Numbered from the stretch's first letter, positions 12,331 through 22,288 are shown. The stretch is DNA of 64,000 nt from Blastocladiella emersonii ATCC 22665 (GCA_025594325.1 JANHCV010000013.1:434001-498000), one strand, 5' to 3'. Notes: generated from the sequence alone by a model not told the origin. Made by a program: numbers and translations.

Positions 12331-14821
12331 TCAAGACGAGGGCGGAGTGCGACGCTGGAATTTCGCGCACATATCGTGGCTCCGCTTTGCAAGAACGCAC
12401 TCACGGAGATTGACATACCCTGCCGTGAGACGGATCAGCTCGGTGATGTGCTCATGTTTCGCGTAACGGTCACCTTCGACGAGCTCGGCGACTTGCTTGA
12501 GAGTCATGGCACGAAGCAATGCGCCATCGCGGAGCGTCCGCGTGAGCAGCGGCGAAAATGGCCACATCTCAGAGAGAAGACCAGTAAGAAACTGGGGTGC
12601 CTTTGCCCCCATCGCGTCGACGATGAACGCGGAGGTACTGCCTGTCGCGCTTTTGGAGCAGCATGTGTTCGCCCCTTCATGATCCAGCGCCCGCTCGTGC
12701 TCGCGCTGAACGGGAGAAACGAAGGTTGAGAGGAACGGCAGCATGTTCGTGCCGCTATCAATCAAGTCGAGAAGGACGAGGAACGCGTCGCGCCAAGCTG
12801 GCTGATACGAGAGCGGACAGTTCGGACACACGGTCAGGCTGGAAGTAGCTGGGAAGACGAGATCCAAATGGGACGAGAAGTGGGCTGCGAGCATCGCACA
12901 GAGCAGCGACTCGGCACCGTTACGTTCGCGCACAAGTTCCAGCGAGTACGCCTTGGTCTCAGCGGCTCCCAGGGCAAAGGTCGTGAGCCAAGAAATCGCA
13001 TGTGCAGTCGCGGCAGACGAAAAAGCAGCCTTGTCTGGCTTAGAAGGAAGAATGCGCAAAACAATGCCGAAAACGTCAAGTCGATTAGCCTTGGGGTCGT
13101 CTGCGCCGAGAAGCAGAGCAATGGCTCCAAAGCGATCGAGTGTCTTGTTCTTGTCCTCGTCACCGCTGAAAAGCTCAAGGCCAAGGCGATCAATCAAATC
13201 GGACGAACCGGTCGTGCGCGCAAGATGGACGACCATGTCAGCAACATGAGGTTTGGCGTCAAGCTTCAGGCAAATGCGATCAAAGACTTGACGCAAAAAG
13301 GGGGCCGTTAGATGTTTTTCACAAAACGAGACGATGGTGGAAAAGAGTGAACGTACGACTGATGAGAAGCTTGTCCCAGTAGGAATCATAAGGGGCGACA
13401 GCCATGCGAATCTCCACCACCTGATTAGTTTGTTTGAGACTGAGAGCATCCTCAAGCGCGTGGACAAAGAATTCCGGTCCAACGAGTCCAAAGGGAAGCA
13501 GACAAACAACATCGTCAAACGGGTACCGCCGGTCAACGTAAAGTTTGGTCATGTAAGCTACAAAGTTGGCCCTGTGAAGAATGTTGAGATCCTTTTCAAC
13601 CTTTTCGCGGTGCTGAGCGCATAGGAGGGCAAGAGCCTTAGGATACTCGGCTACGACGTGTAGTGGCGCAACCTTGTCACACGCGTAAGACGTTGAGTTG
13701 TACCAGTCACGTGAAAACAACCAGCCTACGACACCGGCCAGGCCCTCAAACGTTGGCAGGCTCAGTGGCGTTCGGTGAGAGGAACTACGGCGATTTTTAA
13801 ACAGCCACAGGGACGGGTACTTCGCTGCGAGGTCGACAGCAAGTTTAGCGTGGTTTTCGCTGTACTGAGGGCGAGTGAGAACTTGAAGCGACTCAAATTG
13901 CCACGAAGCGATCGCAGTAAACGTGAGAAAATCGGGAAAGCGAGGATTAAAGCTGGCGAAGGCAAAGACGTAGTGGCATGTGCTGCTGGTAAGCTTGGGA
14001 ATATCAAGCATTTGGAACCACGGGTACCACTCGAGTGCAACTGCAAGCATTTGCGGACAAGTGCGCTCCAATTCGGACAAAATCGATTCAAGGAAGTGGG
14101 CATGGCCCGTGATGACCGCGTGCACAGCCAACAGAAAGTGTACGGCCAACGGATGCTGGAAGAGCTGGCTTGGGCGGGCCAATTTCGCACGACGGACAAT
14201 CGAGTAAAGGCGGTCCTTGTTGAACGTTTGGTTAAGCGGCAGGCGAGCGACAGCGCGCGCGGATAAGCAACGGGTGAGAGCACGCATCAAGGATTCAGCG
14301 CTGCTGCGGCGAGCGTCAAGCAATAAGTCCTCACCACGATGGTCAGACTGAGTCAGCACTTGCCACTGCGAGCGGAGAGAAGCGTTGAGTGTTGACCAGA
14401 CGCTGTCGATTTGCTTGGCGTCCGGGAAGCTTTTGGATTGGTCGGTAGCCGAGCTATCATCAGCAAGACCGTCCAAATCCTTGTCATCGTCATCATCGCT
14501 GTCGTTTTCGTCGTCGTCGCTTTCCTCTTCGTCGTTTTCCGCATTGTCATTTTCATCAGCGTTGGCGTCATCGTCGTCGGCGTCATTGTCAGAGAAGCCT
14601 TCGACTTGCTTGGGAGCTGGACTGGCAGAGAAGCGAGAGATTTGCGTTGGGGCTGGGTTGATTGCGAAGCGAGAGATTTCGCTGATCATCCAGCTGGAGA
14701 GCACAATGATGTCCGAAGCCACGACATAGGTCGCCCGCGAAGCAAGCGGGATTGCGAGCCGAGGCCGTGCGAGCTGCCTGATGACGACAGCGACTTCGGC
14801 CGGAAGGTCGGCGAAGCTCAT
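12331..14821 (-). CDS. Lineage-specific protein with F-box-like N-terminus (copy B), split over two overlapping ORFs
   Basis: ATG at 14821 (MSFADLPAEVAVVIRQL), acidic tract, ORF to 13319. Homology to copy A continues in ORF 12331..13536, implying an intron or frameshift near 13.4 kb. Confidence 0.6.
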
Positions 14822-15055
14822 GGTGCATAGACGCGGAGGTTGATGACTCGGTTGCATGGAGTGATTCATGAAGGTGGTGAGTTATGTTGCATGGGAGCGG
14901 GGGGAGAGGACGTTGATGCGAGGGGCTGGTGGGAAAGCAGGCGTTTTGCGGCGTGGCGCCACACGTGCCACGTTGCTATGGGTGGCATTGAACCCGCCAC
15001 ATGTTGTTGGCTTGCCCTCTCTCCACGCTCGCATGTACACCTCGATATGAAGCCC

Positions 15056-15070
15056 ATGAACCGGAAGCTG
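15056..15070 (+). pseudogene. 5' stub (MNRKL) of the host gene interrupted by the virus
   Basis: ATG AAC CGG AAG CTG joins in frame to CCG CAG CTG CCG ATT GAG (33746 onward) when the element and one AGCTG are removed. Confidence 0.8.
15066..15070 (+). other. Left target-site duplication AGCTG
   Basis: Identical AGCTG at 33741-33745; both abut the TIR ends. Confidence 0.92.
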
Positions 15071-15096
15071 TGCCGTATCCCTTAAGGGATACGGCA
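15071..15096. repeat. Perfect 26-bp terminal palindrome TGCCGTATCCCTTAAGGGATACGGCA
   Basis: Self-reverse-complementary. The arm GGGATACGGCA recurs at 15227-15237. Confidence 0.98.
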
Positions 15097-15542
15097 TGGG
15101 CTGACCCACCACCACCCAGGCTGACCAATTGCTTACCCCAAGCGGTTGGCGGCAGTCACTCGGGCTAACCACGTGATTGGCAATGCGTTACCCCGAGTAA
15201 TATATTGAGATTTGCCAAATGCCCCAGGGATACGGCACGGGGGCGGGTGGCGGGTGGGTCACGTGGATCACGTGCAGATGAATGGCGCATGGGCACGGCT
15301 GCGAGTCAATCTGTGAGACAAGTCCAAGAGCAGATCCCTGAGCCCGTCCCTGACCAACCGCTCGGGCTGACCATTGCTTACCCCGAGCGGTCGGCGGCAG
15401 CTGGCAAGCGCAGCGAGACGAAGAGCAGCGCAGCTGCGGCTACCCACTGACAGAGTTCCATGGTCTGGTCCCTGACCTGACCCCCAAGCCCATCCCCGAC
15501 CACCTGCCGCAAGCGGCTGCTATGAAGCCACTCACCGTAAAG

Positions 15543-15612
15543 GTTCCACTTTCATGGCATATTACGACAGAGTATATATATACACTACCCTTTTTTGCCA
15601 TGAAAGTGGAAC
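15543..15612. promoter_or_regulatory. 17-bp inverted repeat flanking a 36-bp AT-rich spacer (candidate replication origin)
   Basis: GTTCCACTTTCATGGCA (15543-15559) and TGCCATGAAAGTGGAAC (15596-15612), with a spacer containing AGTATATATATACAC. Mirrored at 33199-33268. The structure is observed; the function is inferred. Confidence 0.55.
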
Positions 15613-16237
15613 TTTCAAAGACAAGAGGTCAGGGTACAGGGGGGGGGGAAGGTTGAGGACAAGGGAGCGTCTTAGCAGCATCAATGTATTGGGCAGGACA
15701 GGGGTCAGGGCAAGGGAGCGTCTTAGCAGGCAGCGTCTTAGCAGGCAGGAAGGCAGCGTGGCAGGTCGTGGAGTGTCTTAGAGCTCGTTGTTGTCCAGCT
15801 CGAGGACAAAGGTCAGGGACTGCTACGGGGTGGTCGTCCAGCTTGCCCAGTGAGCCGCGTGGCTGGTGAACTGACCAACCGCGTGGCTGGGGAATTAGCG
15901 CTATCCCTTGCCCTATAAGAACCCCCCACTGCCCCCCTCCCCAGACCTGCTCTCCACCACCCACAACAGAAGCCATGACACAGATTCACTGCCTCAAGCC
16001 CCTGCTGAGCGCGTATAGGCCATCTTGCTGCAATGAGCCCAACGCACTCACAGGACTTTTGGTATGGGTGTCATGGCCAACGTTGTGGGTGGTCAAAGTG
16101 TACGGCACAAGACGTACAGGGCTATCTGCTGTGCACGGCAATAGACTCGGTTGCTTGTGTCAGGACATGGAGCGCTGCGTGGACTTGCTACCCGTGCAGT
16201 TGCACCATGGACCTTTCTTCCTTTATCCTGTTGGCGC

Positions 16238-16592
16238 TGTGTGGTCAATGAGCTTTGGTCTGTGCTGGTGTCCTGGTGTGGTCGATGCGCTTTGGTCTGT
16301 GTGGGTGTGCTGTGTGGTCGATGAGCTTTGGTCTGTGCTGGTGTCCTGGTGTGGTTGATGAGCTTTGGTCTGTGTTGGTGTCCTGGTGTCCTGGTGTCCT
16401 GGTGTCCTGGTGTCCTGGTGTGCTGGTGTACTGTGTGGTCAATGAGCTTTGGTCTGTGCTGGTGTACTGTGTGGTCGATGAGCTTTGGTCTGTGCCAGTG
16501 TACTGTGTGGTTGATGAGCTTTGGTCTGTGCCAGTGTACTGTGTGGTTGATGAGCTTTGGTCTGTGCTGGTGTACTGTGTGGTCGATGAGTA
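16238..16592. repeat. About 9 copies of a 36-bp tandem repeat with a nested 9-bp GTGTCCTG(G) sub-array
   Basis: Unit ~CTGTGTGGTCGATGAGCTTTGGTCTGTGCTGGTGTA; TCCTGGTG-type short repeats at about 16378-16420. Confidence 0.92.
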
Positions 16593-17264
16593 CTTGGCGA
16601 TGATGCCCTGCTCCACACTGGAACTTTGATTAGTGGTTGGCCACCATGAAAGGAGACTCCAGTGTGGGGCAGTCTGGGGGCTGCCTGGCCAGCAGCTCCT
16701 GGACGGGGGCGGAGCACCCATTGCTACGTTATGTCATTGCAGGGGCTGTGGTCACGTGACCAGTTGCCATGGACTGTTTGGTGGTGATGATGGAAGCGCG
16801 TTCAACGCACAAGTCTTTGACTTCTTCTCTGAACCTTCAGTAACCCATGCGCGGCTGCATCCTTGACATCACTCCCCTGCCTCAGCCGCCGTGCAACCAC
16901 TTGGAGCCACCTTGGTGGGTCTATGACAACTGGCTCCTGCTGGCCACGGTAGTTTACCCATGCTGTTGTCACACGTACACTGACTGCTATCATGGCTACA
17001 CCAGTGACAGCAACCAGTGAGAGTCTTCAAGGTAGCATTCACTGTTAACTTGAAGGGGCGCTTACTCAAAGCGCACAGCGTACACGACTTTGACACCGGG
17101 TGGACTTGCGTCTCAGATGGCCGTGTACTGGCTCAGGGACTTTGGCCCTGGTGTGGTTGGAGAAGGTGTACGGGGTGGTGACAAAGTGCAGCCAGTAGCC
17201 TGGTTCATGGTGTTGTCTCTTACTACGTTGTCGGGAAAATAAACACATTGCGCTGACGCGTTGC

Positions 17265-17375
17265 TTAGTCTACGGCGCGAATATCTTTGAGCGCGCTGGA
17301 GGTGTACCCAATGATGGCAAGGTTGGCCACAAGGCTGACCACGTTGGCTGCAAGGACAAGTGTCTCAAGGATCAT
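17265..17375 (-). CDS. Viral 36-aa hydrophobic micro-protein (not in the ORF track)
   Basis: MILETLVLAANVVSLVANLAIIGYTSSALKDIRAVD*. It directly follows the penton gene and is preceded by the conserved intergenic T-tract. Confidence 0.55.
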   Translation of the reverse strand: MILETLVLAANVVSLVANLAIIGYTSSALKDIRAVD

Positions 17376-17405
17376 TTTACATGTACACAGCAAAAAAGTC
17401 GCAGC

Positions 17406-18152
17406 TCAGATGAACGCGAGCTCGATGTAGAAGGGTTGCCCCAGGAAGTCAACAGAGCGCAGGTTCTCGTCCACCACGTCAACGTCAATGGAGTCTATCA
17501 GCTGCAGTGTGCCTCGCGCGTCAAAGCGAAAGTAGTCGCTCATGTGTGGCCCGTGCTCGAACCAGCTCCCAAACGGCTGTGTGACATGGATACTGCACAG
17601 CACACCATTATCCTGCGGGTACGCCGAGAACATGTTGTCTGCAAGGCGGCTGCCCAGGTTGCACGAGTACACATGCAGCAGGTTGATGGGAGAGATGTTC
17701 ACCAGAGACGTCCCGTACTGGACCTTGCTGTAGCTGTAGCTGCTGACAAAGCCCATGTGCGTGTTCAGCGCAGCGGCCCCTGTCCCAACAGTGAAGTTGC
17801 AGGTGTCATTGGCAATGCGCATCTTCTGTGTGGTGGAGTCAACCTGCACGTCCCATGTGCCCTGCCACAGAAGACTTGACGGCGCGTTGTTGAGCAGGCT
17901 CTTGAGCGTTGACATGAACGTCTCAACTGTGTAGTTGCCGTCAGGGACAGTGATGGTCCCTGGGAAGGTCACACTGCCACGGCTCTGTGTCAGGTACACC
18001 TTGTTGGCCTTGGAGTTGACTGTGTGCCAGCTGTTACAGAGGTACGCTGAGTTGACCTTGACGCCGCTCACAGACACAGCCCGCGGGAGGTACAGCACAC
18101 CGTTCTTGAGGTCGCGGCTGCAGATGGTCAGTGTCTTGTAGGAGCCAGTCAT
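17406..18152 (-). CDS. Minor capsid protein (penton, single jelly-roll), PLV type
   Basis: TLTICSRD…, NSWHTVN…ITVPDGNYT…LKSLLN, INLLHVYS and IDVDVVDENLRSVDFLGQPFYIEL follow the PLV/Polinton penton pattern; close to the MCP gene. Confidence 0.85.
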   Translation of the reverse strand: MTGSYKTLTICSRDLKNGVLYLPRAVSVSGVKVNSAYLCNSWHTVNSKANKVYLTQSRGSVTFPGTITVPDGNYTVETFMSTLKSLLNNAPSSLLWQGTWDVQVDSTTQKMRIANDTCNFTVGTGAAALNTHMGFVSSYSYSKVQYGTSLVNISPINLLHVYSCNLGSRLADNMFSAYPQDNGVLCSIHVTQPFGSWFEHGPHMSDYFRFDARGTLQLIDSIDVDVVDENLRSVDFLGQPFYIELAFI

Positions 18153-18173
18153 TTAAGTAAGGCTTAGAAGATA

Positions 18174-18440
18174 TTATTGCACTGCCGTGCCTGTGTCATT
18201 GTCGTCTGTCTCAAAGATCTCACTTGTTGGCCGGTTGTACCATGTGTGGATGTCCTGGGCCAGGTCAGTGCCCTTGGACACGAGCTGTGCCACAGACGAC
18301 ACGGCAGGGTTGTGTGAGCGCTCAAAGAACTTGGACACGGTCTTGACTCCCTTGAGCATGGTGGGGAGATGCTTGTTCACAAAGCCACCTACTTGGCCAA
18401 GCACGTTGCTGAAGTTGGTCCACAGGTTCCTGAAGATCAT
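18174..18440 (-). CDS. Viral 88-aa protein with predicted amphipathic N-terminal helix
   Basis: MIFRNLWTNFSNVLGQVGGFVNKHL…; fills the gap between MCP and penton; preceded by the conserved motif. Confidence 0.75.
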   Translation of the reverse strand: MIFRNLWTNFSNVLGQVGGFVNKHLPTMLKGVKTVSKFFERSHNPAVSSVAQLVSKGTDLAQDIHTWYNRPTSEIFETDDNDTGTAVQ

Positions 18441-18479
18441 TGCGTTTAACTGTACGCAAGAAAAGAATGCACGTGGGGC

Positions 18480-19700
18480 TTACTTGTAGAGGTTGACCTC
18501 GCCGGTTGGGAGAAACTCGTACACAATGTCAACACCAACAAAGGCGTCAACACGCTGGTTTGGGACAGTGCTTGAGGTGAGGATGATCTGCATGTCCACG
18601 GCCTGGCTCTTGCAAGACTTGTCGCCGCTGACAATGGTACGGGATGACTCGAGGTTGCGGCCAATGCAGAAGGTCCCCTCAGCTGGCGCATTGTACTTGT
18701 CCACTGACATGCCTGCACCAATGACATGGCCATGGAAGGCGTTGGACAGCTCTACAAAGGCCTCTGAAGCGTAGTTGTCACAGCGGACAGGCTTCTGGGG
18801 GAAGAGACAGCCACTTATGCTGAACTGGTACGTTGCAATGGTCTTGGCACGGAGGAACGAGTCCTTGGCATTGTCATTGAGCACTGCGTTGTCGCGGAAC
18901 GACACCAGCACGTCCTTTTGTGACGCACTGCGGTCAGAGACGTTGAGCGTAGAGTTGGGCACCGAGTAGTTGAGGAAGTGGTGGTTGTACGTTGTGCCGT
19001 AGAGCTTGAGACCCTGCTTCTTGAAGGCAGCGTCCATGACGGCGATCTGCTGGTCATTGAGCTTGATCAGGTCAGACACAATGCACACGTCCTTGACACT
19101 GTAGCTTGGGATGGCATTGTTCTTGACCACACAGGCATCTGCACCAGGAGCCAGGGTGAACTCGACGCAGATACCACCAAGGTACTTCATGGGCAGATGC
19201 TTCTGGTTGGACAGCAGTGCAGACTTGATGGGCAGCATGTACCGGTGAAGTCCAGATGACACAGCAAAGCGGTCAGCCCCAGTGGCAAAGTAACCCTGGG
19301 CCACGCCGAGGCATGAGTCCTTGAGGTGCTGCGGGACAGTCACGTCAGCCTCAATGCGCTGACGCAGGTTGTAGTAGGGAAGCTCTTCAAGCAGGGCTCC
19401 ACCCGCGCTGTAGACTCGCACACGGTCAATGATGCTGAAGATGCTATCACAGAAGGCGACGTTGGCGTCTGCAGTCTTGGCACTGAACTGCAGGAACGTG
19501 CAGTGGGTGTCCATCATGTCATTGCGCGGGGGCAGGAGGACACTGATAGTGTTGCCAGGTGCAAACTCAGGGCCGCCCTGTGCAGTGAACTGGACAGTCT
19601 GACGCTCGGCATACACAGACTCCTTGGGCAGGTTAAACGTCATCTCTGGCGGCAGAGTCTTTGACAGGACCTGGGAGAACTGGGCATTGGTGGAAGACAT
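18480..19700 (-). CDS. Major capsid protein (double jelly-roll), PLV type, about 406 aa
   Basis: EFAPGNTISVLLP…MDTHCTFLQF…SIIDRVRVYSAGGALLEELPYYN and C-terminal FCIGRNLE…SG…VDAFVGVDIVY. Likely start MSSTNAQF at 19700. Confidence 0.88.
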   Translation of the reverse strand: MSSTNAQFSQVLSKTLPPEMTFNLPKESVYAERQTVQFTAQGGPEFAPGNTISVLLPPRNDMMDTHCTFLQFSAKTADANVAFCDSIFSIIDRVRVYSAGGALLEELPYYNLRQRIEADVTVPQHLKDSCLGVAQGYFATGADRFAVSSGLHRYMLPIKSALLSNQKHLPMKYLGGICVEFTLAPGADACVVKNNAIPSYSVKDVCIVSDLIKLNDQQIAVMDAAFKKQGLKLYGTTYNHHFLNYSVPNSTLNVSDRSASQKDVLVSFRDNAVLNDNAKDSFLRAKTIATYQFSISGCLFPQKPVRCDNYASEAFVELSNAFHGHVIGAGMSVDKYNAPAEGTFCIGRNLESSRTIVSGDKSCKSQAVDMQIILTSSTVPNQRVDAFVGVDIVYEFLPTGEVNLYK

Positions 19701-19743
19701 GGCGTGTGTTACTGAAGCACAAGAAAAAAAGTCGCTGCGTCGC

Positions 19744-20544
19744 TTAGTCCTTGATGATCCACTCACTGAAGCTGTCTACCAGCCTGTACTTGGGACTGTT
19801 CTGGTTGTTGACACCAAGGAAGCGTTGCTTGGTGTTGCCCTCTGAGCGGGTGTCAAAGAGCTGCTCAATGATCACCTCAAACTCCTTGAGCGAGAACTGC
19901 GACCCGATCTCCTTGTGCAGTGTCTTGACCTCTGTCTTGTCATAGATGGGGTACACAACGCTGTAGCTGCAGTTGATGCGCAGTGTCTTGGGCAGAGCAC
20001 ACCAGCGCTGCACGCCAATGATGCAGCTGATCTTGAGGTGTCGCGAGTTGCACAGGAAGTTGGTCAGCGTCTTGTGGGACAGCAGCTTGAGGCCCAGCAC
20101 GTCGTCAATGATCAGCAGCTGGTCCTGCAGTGCCTTCTTTCCCTGGTCTTCAAAGGTCTTGGTCAGGTCTTTGCGCATCTTGAGCAGCGTGGGGATGAAC
20201 AGCTCTGGGTCCGTGACAATGCACAATGGCTTCACCTTGAGCTGGTTTGGGTTGTGCTCCTGTGGATCAAGTACATTGTGCTGCTTCTTGGGTGGTCGCA
20301 GGATCGCCTGTGAGGCAATGTACTCGTACTTGTCATCAGCGTGGAAGGTGGGGTTGAAGACCCAGATGTTGTCAAAGCGTCCCTTGTAGAACTGCGGGAA
20401 GCACACAAGGTTGGCAATCAGTGTTGACTTGCCCTGACCCTTGGCGCCAATGACGTTCATGGTGAAGGGGTGCTTGGGGATGGGCGAAGGCTGGTTGTTG
20501 TTGTTCCTGGTGAAGCCGTTGTCAATGGCCACAATGTTGTACAT
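19744..20544 (-). CDS. A32/FtsK-HerA-family DNA packaging ATPase
   Basis: Walker A VIGAKGQGKST, Walker B LLIIDD, RHLKIS…VQ…LPKTLRIN. Likely start MYNIVAID at 20544. Confidence 0.93.
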   Translation of the reverse strand: MYNIVAIDNGFTRNNNNQPSPIPKHPFTMNVIGAKGQGKSTLIANLVCFPQFYKGRFDNIWVFNPTFHADDKYEYIASQAILRPPKKQHNVLDPQEHNPNQLKVKPLCIVTDPELFIPTLLKMRKDLTKTFEDQGKKALQDQLLIIDDVLGLKLLSHKTLTNFLCNSRHLKISCIIGVQRWCALPKTLRINCSYSVVYPIYDKTEVKTLHKEIGSQFSLKEFEVIIEQLFDTRSEGNTKQRFLGVNNQNSPKYRLVDSFSEWIIKD

Positions 20545-20569
20545 CTTACTGTACCCCAAGACAAAAGGT

Positions 20570-22288
20570 TCACGCCCATCCAAGGTCAGTGACAATGCCA
20601 CTGCGCTTGGGGACTTCGCGCACTTGCTTGACTGGTCGCTCAGGGAGCTTCTGGTGACGCTTGATCTGGGGTGCTGTCAGGCCACTGCCAGCCGACGTCT
20701 TCTCTGTGAACAGCTTCGCGTCCAGGGGCTTCTTGTAGCCCAGTTGCTTGAGGATCTGTTCGAGTAACATCTCTGTCTTCTTACTACTACCCTCGGAATT
20801 GTTCTTGGGCGCGTCTGCAAGCTGTCGGATGAGCTGCTCCAGGTTGCTGGTGTCCAGGACCTGTGGCTGTGCTGGCGGCTGCATTGTGTCCAGCTTGCTG
20901 CCCAGGTCCTGGAGTGTCTTGTTCACAGCAGCATTGGACTCTGTCTGTCCCTGGATGGCGCTCTGGACACCTGTTGCAAGCTGGCCAATGAGTCCCTGCT
21001 GGTTGGTCAGGGCAGTTGACATGCCGCTTGCAATCTCAGACACCAGTGCACGGTTCCCTGCGTCAATCTGTCGCACAAAGGCGTTGCGCTCTGCACGCAG
21101 TGTGTCCACAATGTTAGCTGCAAGGTTGGCAAAGGTCTCAAGTGCCAGTCCTTGGGCGTTCTTGGACTGCTCAATCAGGGCCATGTACGCCTGGTACTGC
21201 ATGACCTGACTGTTCGCAAACTGGCCAGCAATGACGTCCAGCGCAGCCATCACGCTGGGGTCGCTGTTGTACTGCACCATGATCTGTGTACGCAGGTCAT
21301 TGTTCTGCTGGTAGCAGTTCTGCTCGTACTGTGTGATGTACTGCCGCATGTCGTAGTTCTGCGTGTTGTCCTGCTGGAAGCTGCTGTAGACGTATTGATT
21401 GAACTGCTGAAAGTTCTGGACAATGTCGACCTCCATGTTGTCTGTTGTGGTCAGTGCCTGCTCTGGGTTGTAGACCTGGATGTCCTTGGAGCCTTCAATC
21501 ATCCGAGACTTGTTCATGGTGGGATGTACGTGTGTGTCATTGTACACAGAGCCGCGCTGTGGAAAGTCCTGTCTGTAGCTGGGAGGGACAACAACCAGGT
21601 TGCATGTGCCATCGTCGAGCCGGGGTGGAAGGTCATTGCCGCCGTTGTTGTCATTCTGGATCAAGTAACATCCAGGGATCATGCCAGCGTACTCTGGGAT
21701 GTCCTGGCCAACGTAGTCACCAGCGTCCACAGGGTACTCTTCAGGGACAACTGGGCGGACAGGTACGGGCAAGAGATGGTCAGGCACACGCTGCCCTGCT
21801 GTCTCAAGCATCTCAGCAAGTTTGTCCAAGGTGTCCTGTGGCCTCTGTGAGCCTATGCCAGAGTCTTGTGTGCTTAGGACGTCTGGTGTGTCTGCGCCTG
21901 TGTCAGAGTCTGGCGTGCCTTCCTGTGCAACAGGAACACGTTGGATGCCACTGCTAACGCTTGTGCTTGCTTGCTTGATGGTGTCATAGACGTGCTGCAT
22001 GACGCTCTCTGAGTCTTGCCCCATGATCTCTCCATTGTGTCTCAGGAACAGCATCCCTGATTGCTTGCCCTCAAAGTCGTCTGCATAGCTCTCTGGTGTG
22101 ACAGCGTAGTCAAAGGCAAGGATGTACGGGACCCACACAGTGAGGAACTCCTTGGCTGTGGGGAAAGTGTACGCGCGTTCATCAATGGTGGCCTTGATCC
22201 TCTGGCCAGGCATGCGCTCTGCAGTGATATGACTGTTTGTCTTGGCTGCAACGTCTTCCAGTTGCTTGGTGATGGGTCTTCGTGTCAT
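20570..22288 (-). CDS. Viral hypothetical protein (about 572 aa), Gln/Asn-rich with coiled-coil C-terminal half
   Basis: Long ORF; likely start MTRRPITKQ at 22288 after the conserved motif. No family recognised. Confidence 0.8.
   Translation of the reverse strand: MTRRPITKQLEDVAAKTNSHITAERMPGQRIKATIDERAYTFPTAKEFLTVWVPYILAFDYAVTPESYADDFEGKQSGMLFLRHNGEIMGQDSESVMQHVYDTIKQASTSVSSGIQRVPVAQEGTPDSDTGADTPDVLSTQDSGIGSQRPQDTLDKLAEMLETAGQRVPDHLLPVPVRPVVPEEYPVDAGDYVGQDIPEYAGMIPGCYLIQNDNNGGNDLPPRLDDGTCNLVVVPPSYRQDFPQRGSVYNDTHVHPTMNKSRMIEGSKDIQVYNPEQALTTTDNMEVDIVQNFQQFNQYVYSSFQQDNTQNYDMRQYITQYEQNCYQQNNDLRTQIMVQYNSDPSVMAALDVIAGQFANSQVMQYQAYMALIEQSKNAQGLALETFANLAANIVDTLRAERNAFVRQIDAGNRALVSEIASGMSTALTNQQGLIGQLATGVQSAIQGQTESNAAVNKTLQDLGSKLDTMQPPAQPQVLDTSNLEQLIRQLADAPKNNSEGSSKKTEMLLEQILKQLGYKKPLDAKLFTEKTSAGSGLTAPQIKRHQKLPERPVKQVREVPKRSGIVTDLGWA

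Larger units (their letters stand above)
15071..15796 (+). repeat. Left terminal inverted repeat (726 bp)
   Basis: Base-by-base comparison with the reverse complement of 33015-33740 shows mismatches only at 15140, 15147 and 15178. Confidence 0.97.

Noticed and set aside
15205-15781. 81-aa and 75-aa ORFs duplicated in both TIRs
   Set aside because: Duplication simply reflects the TIR; no recognisable protein features.
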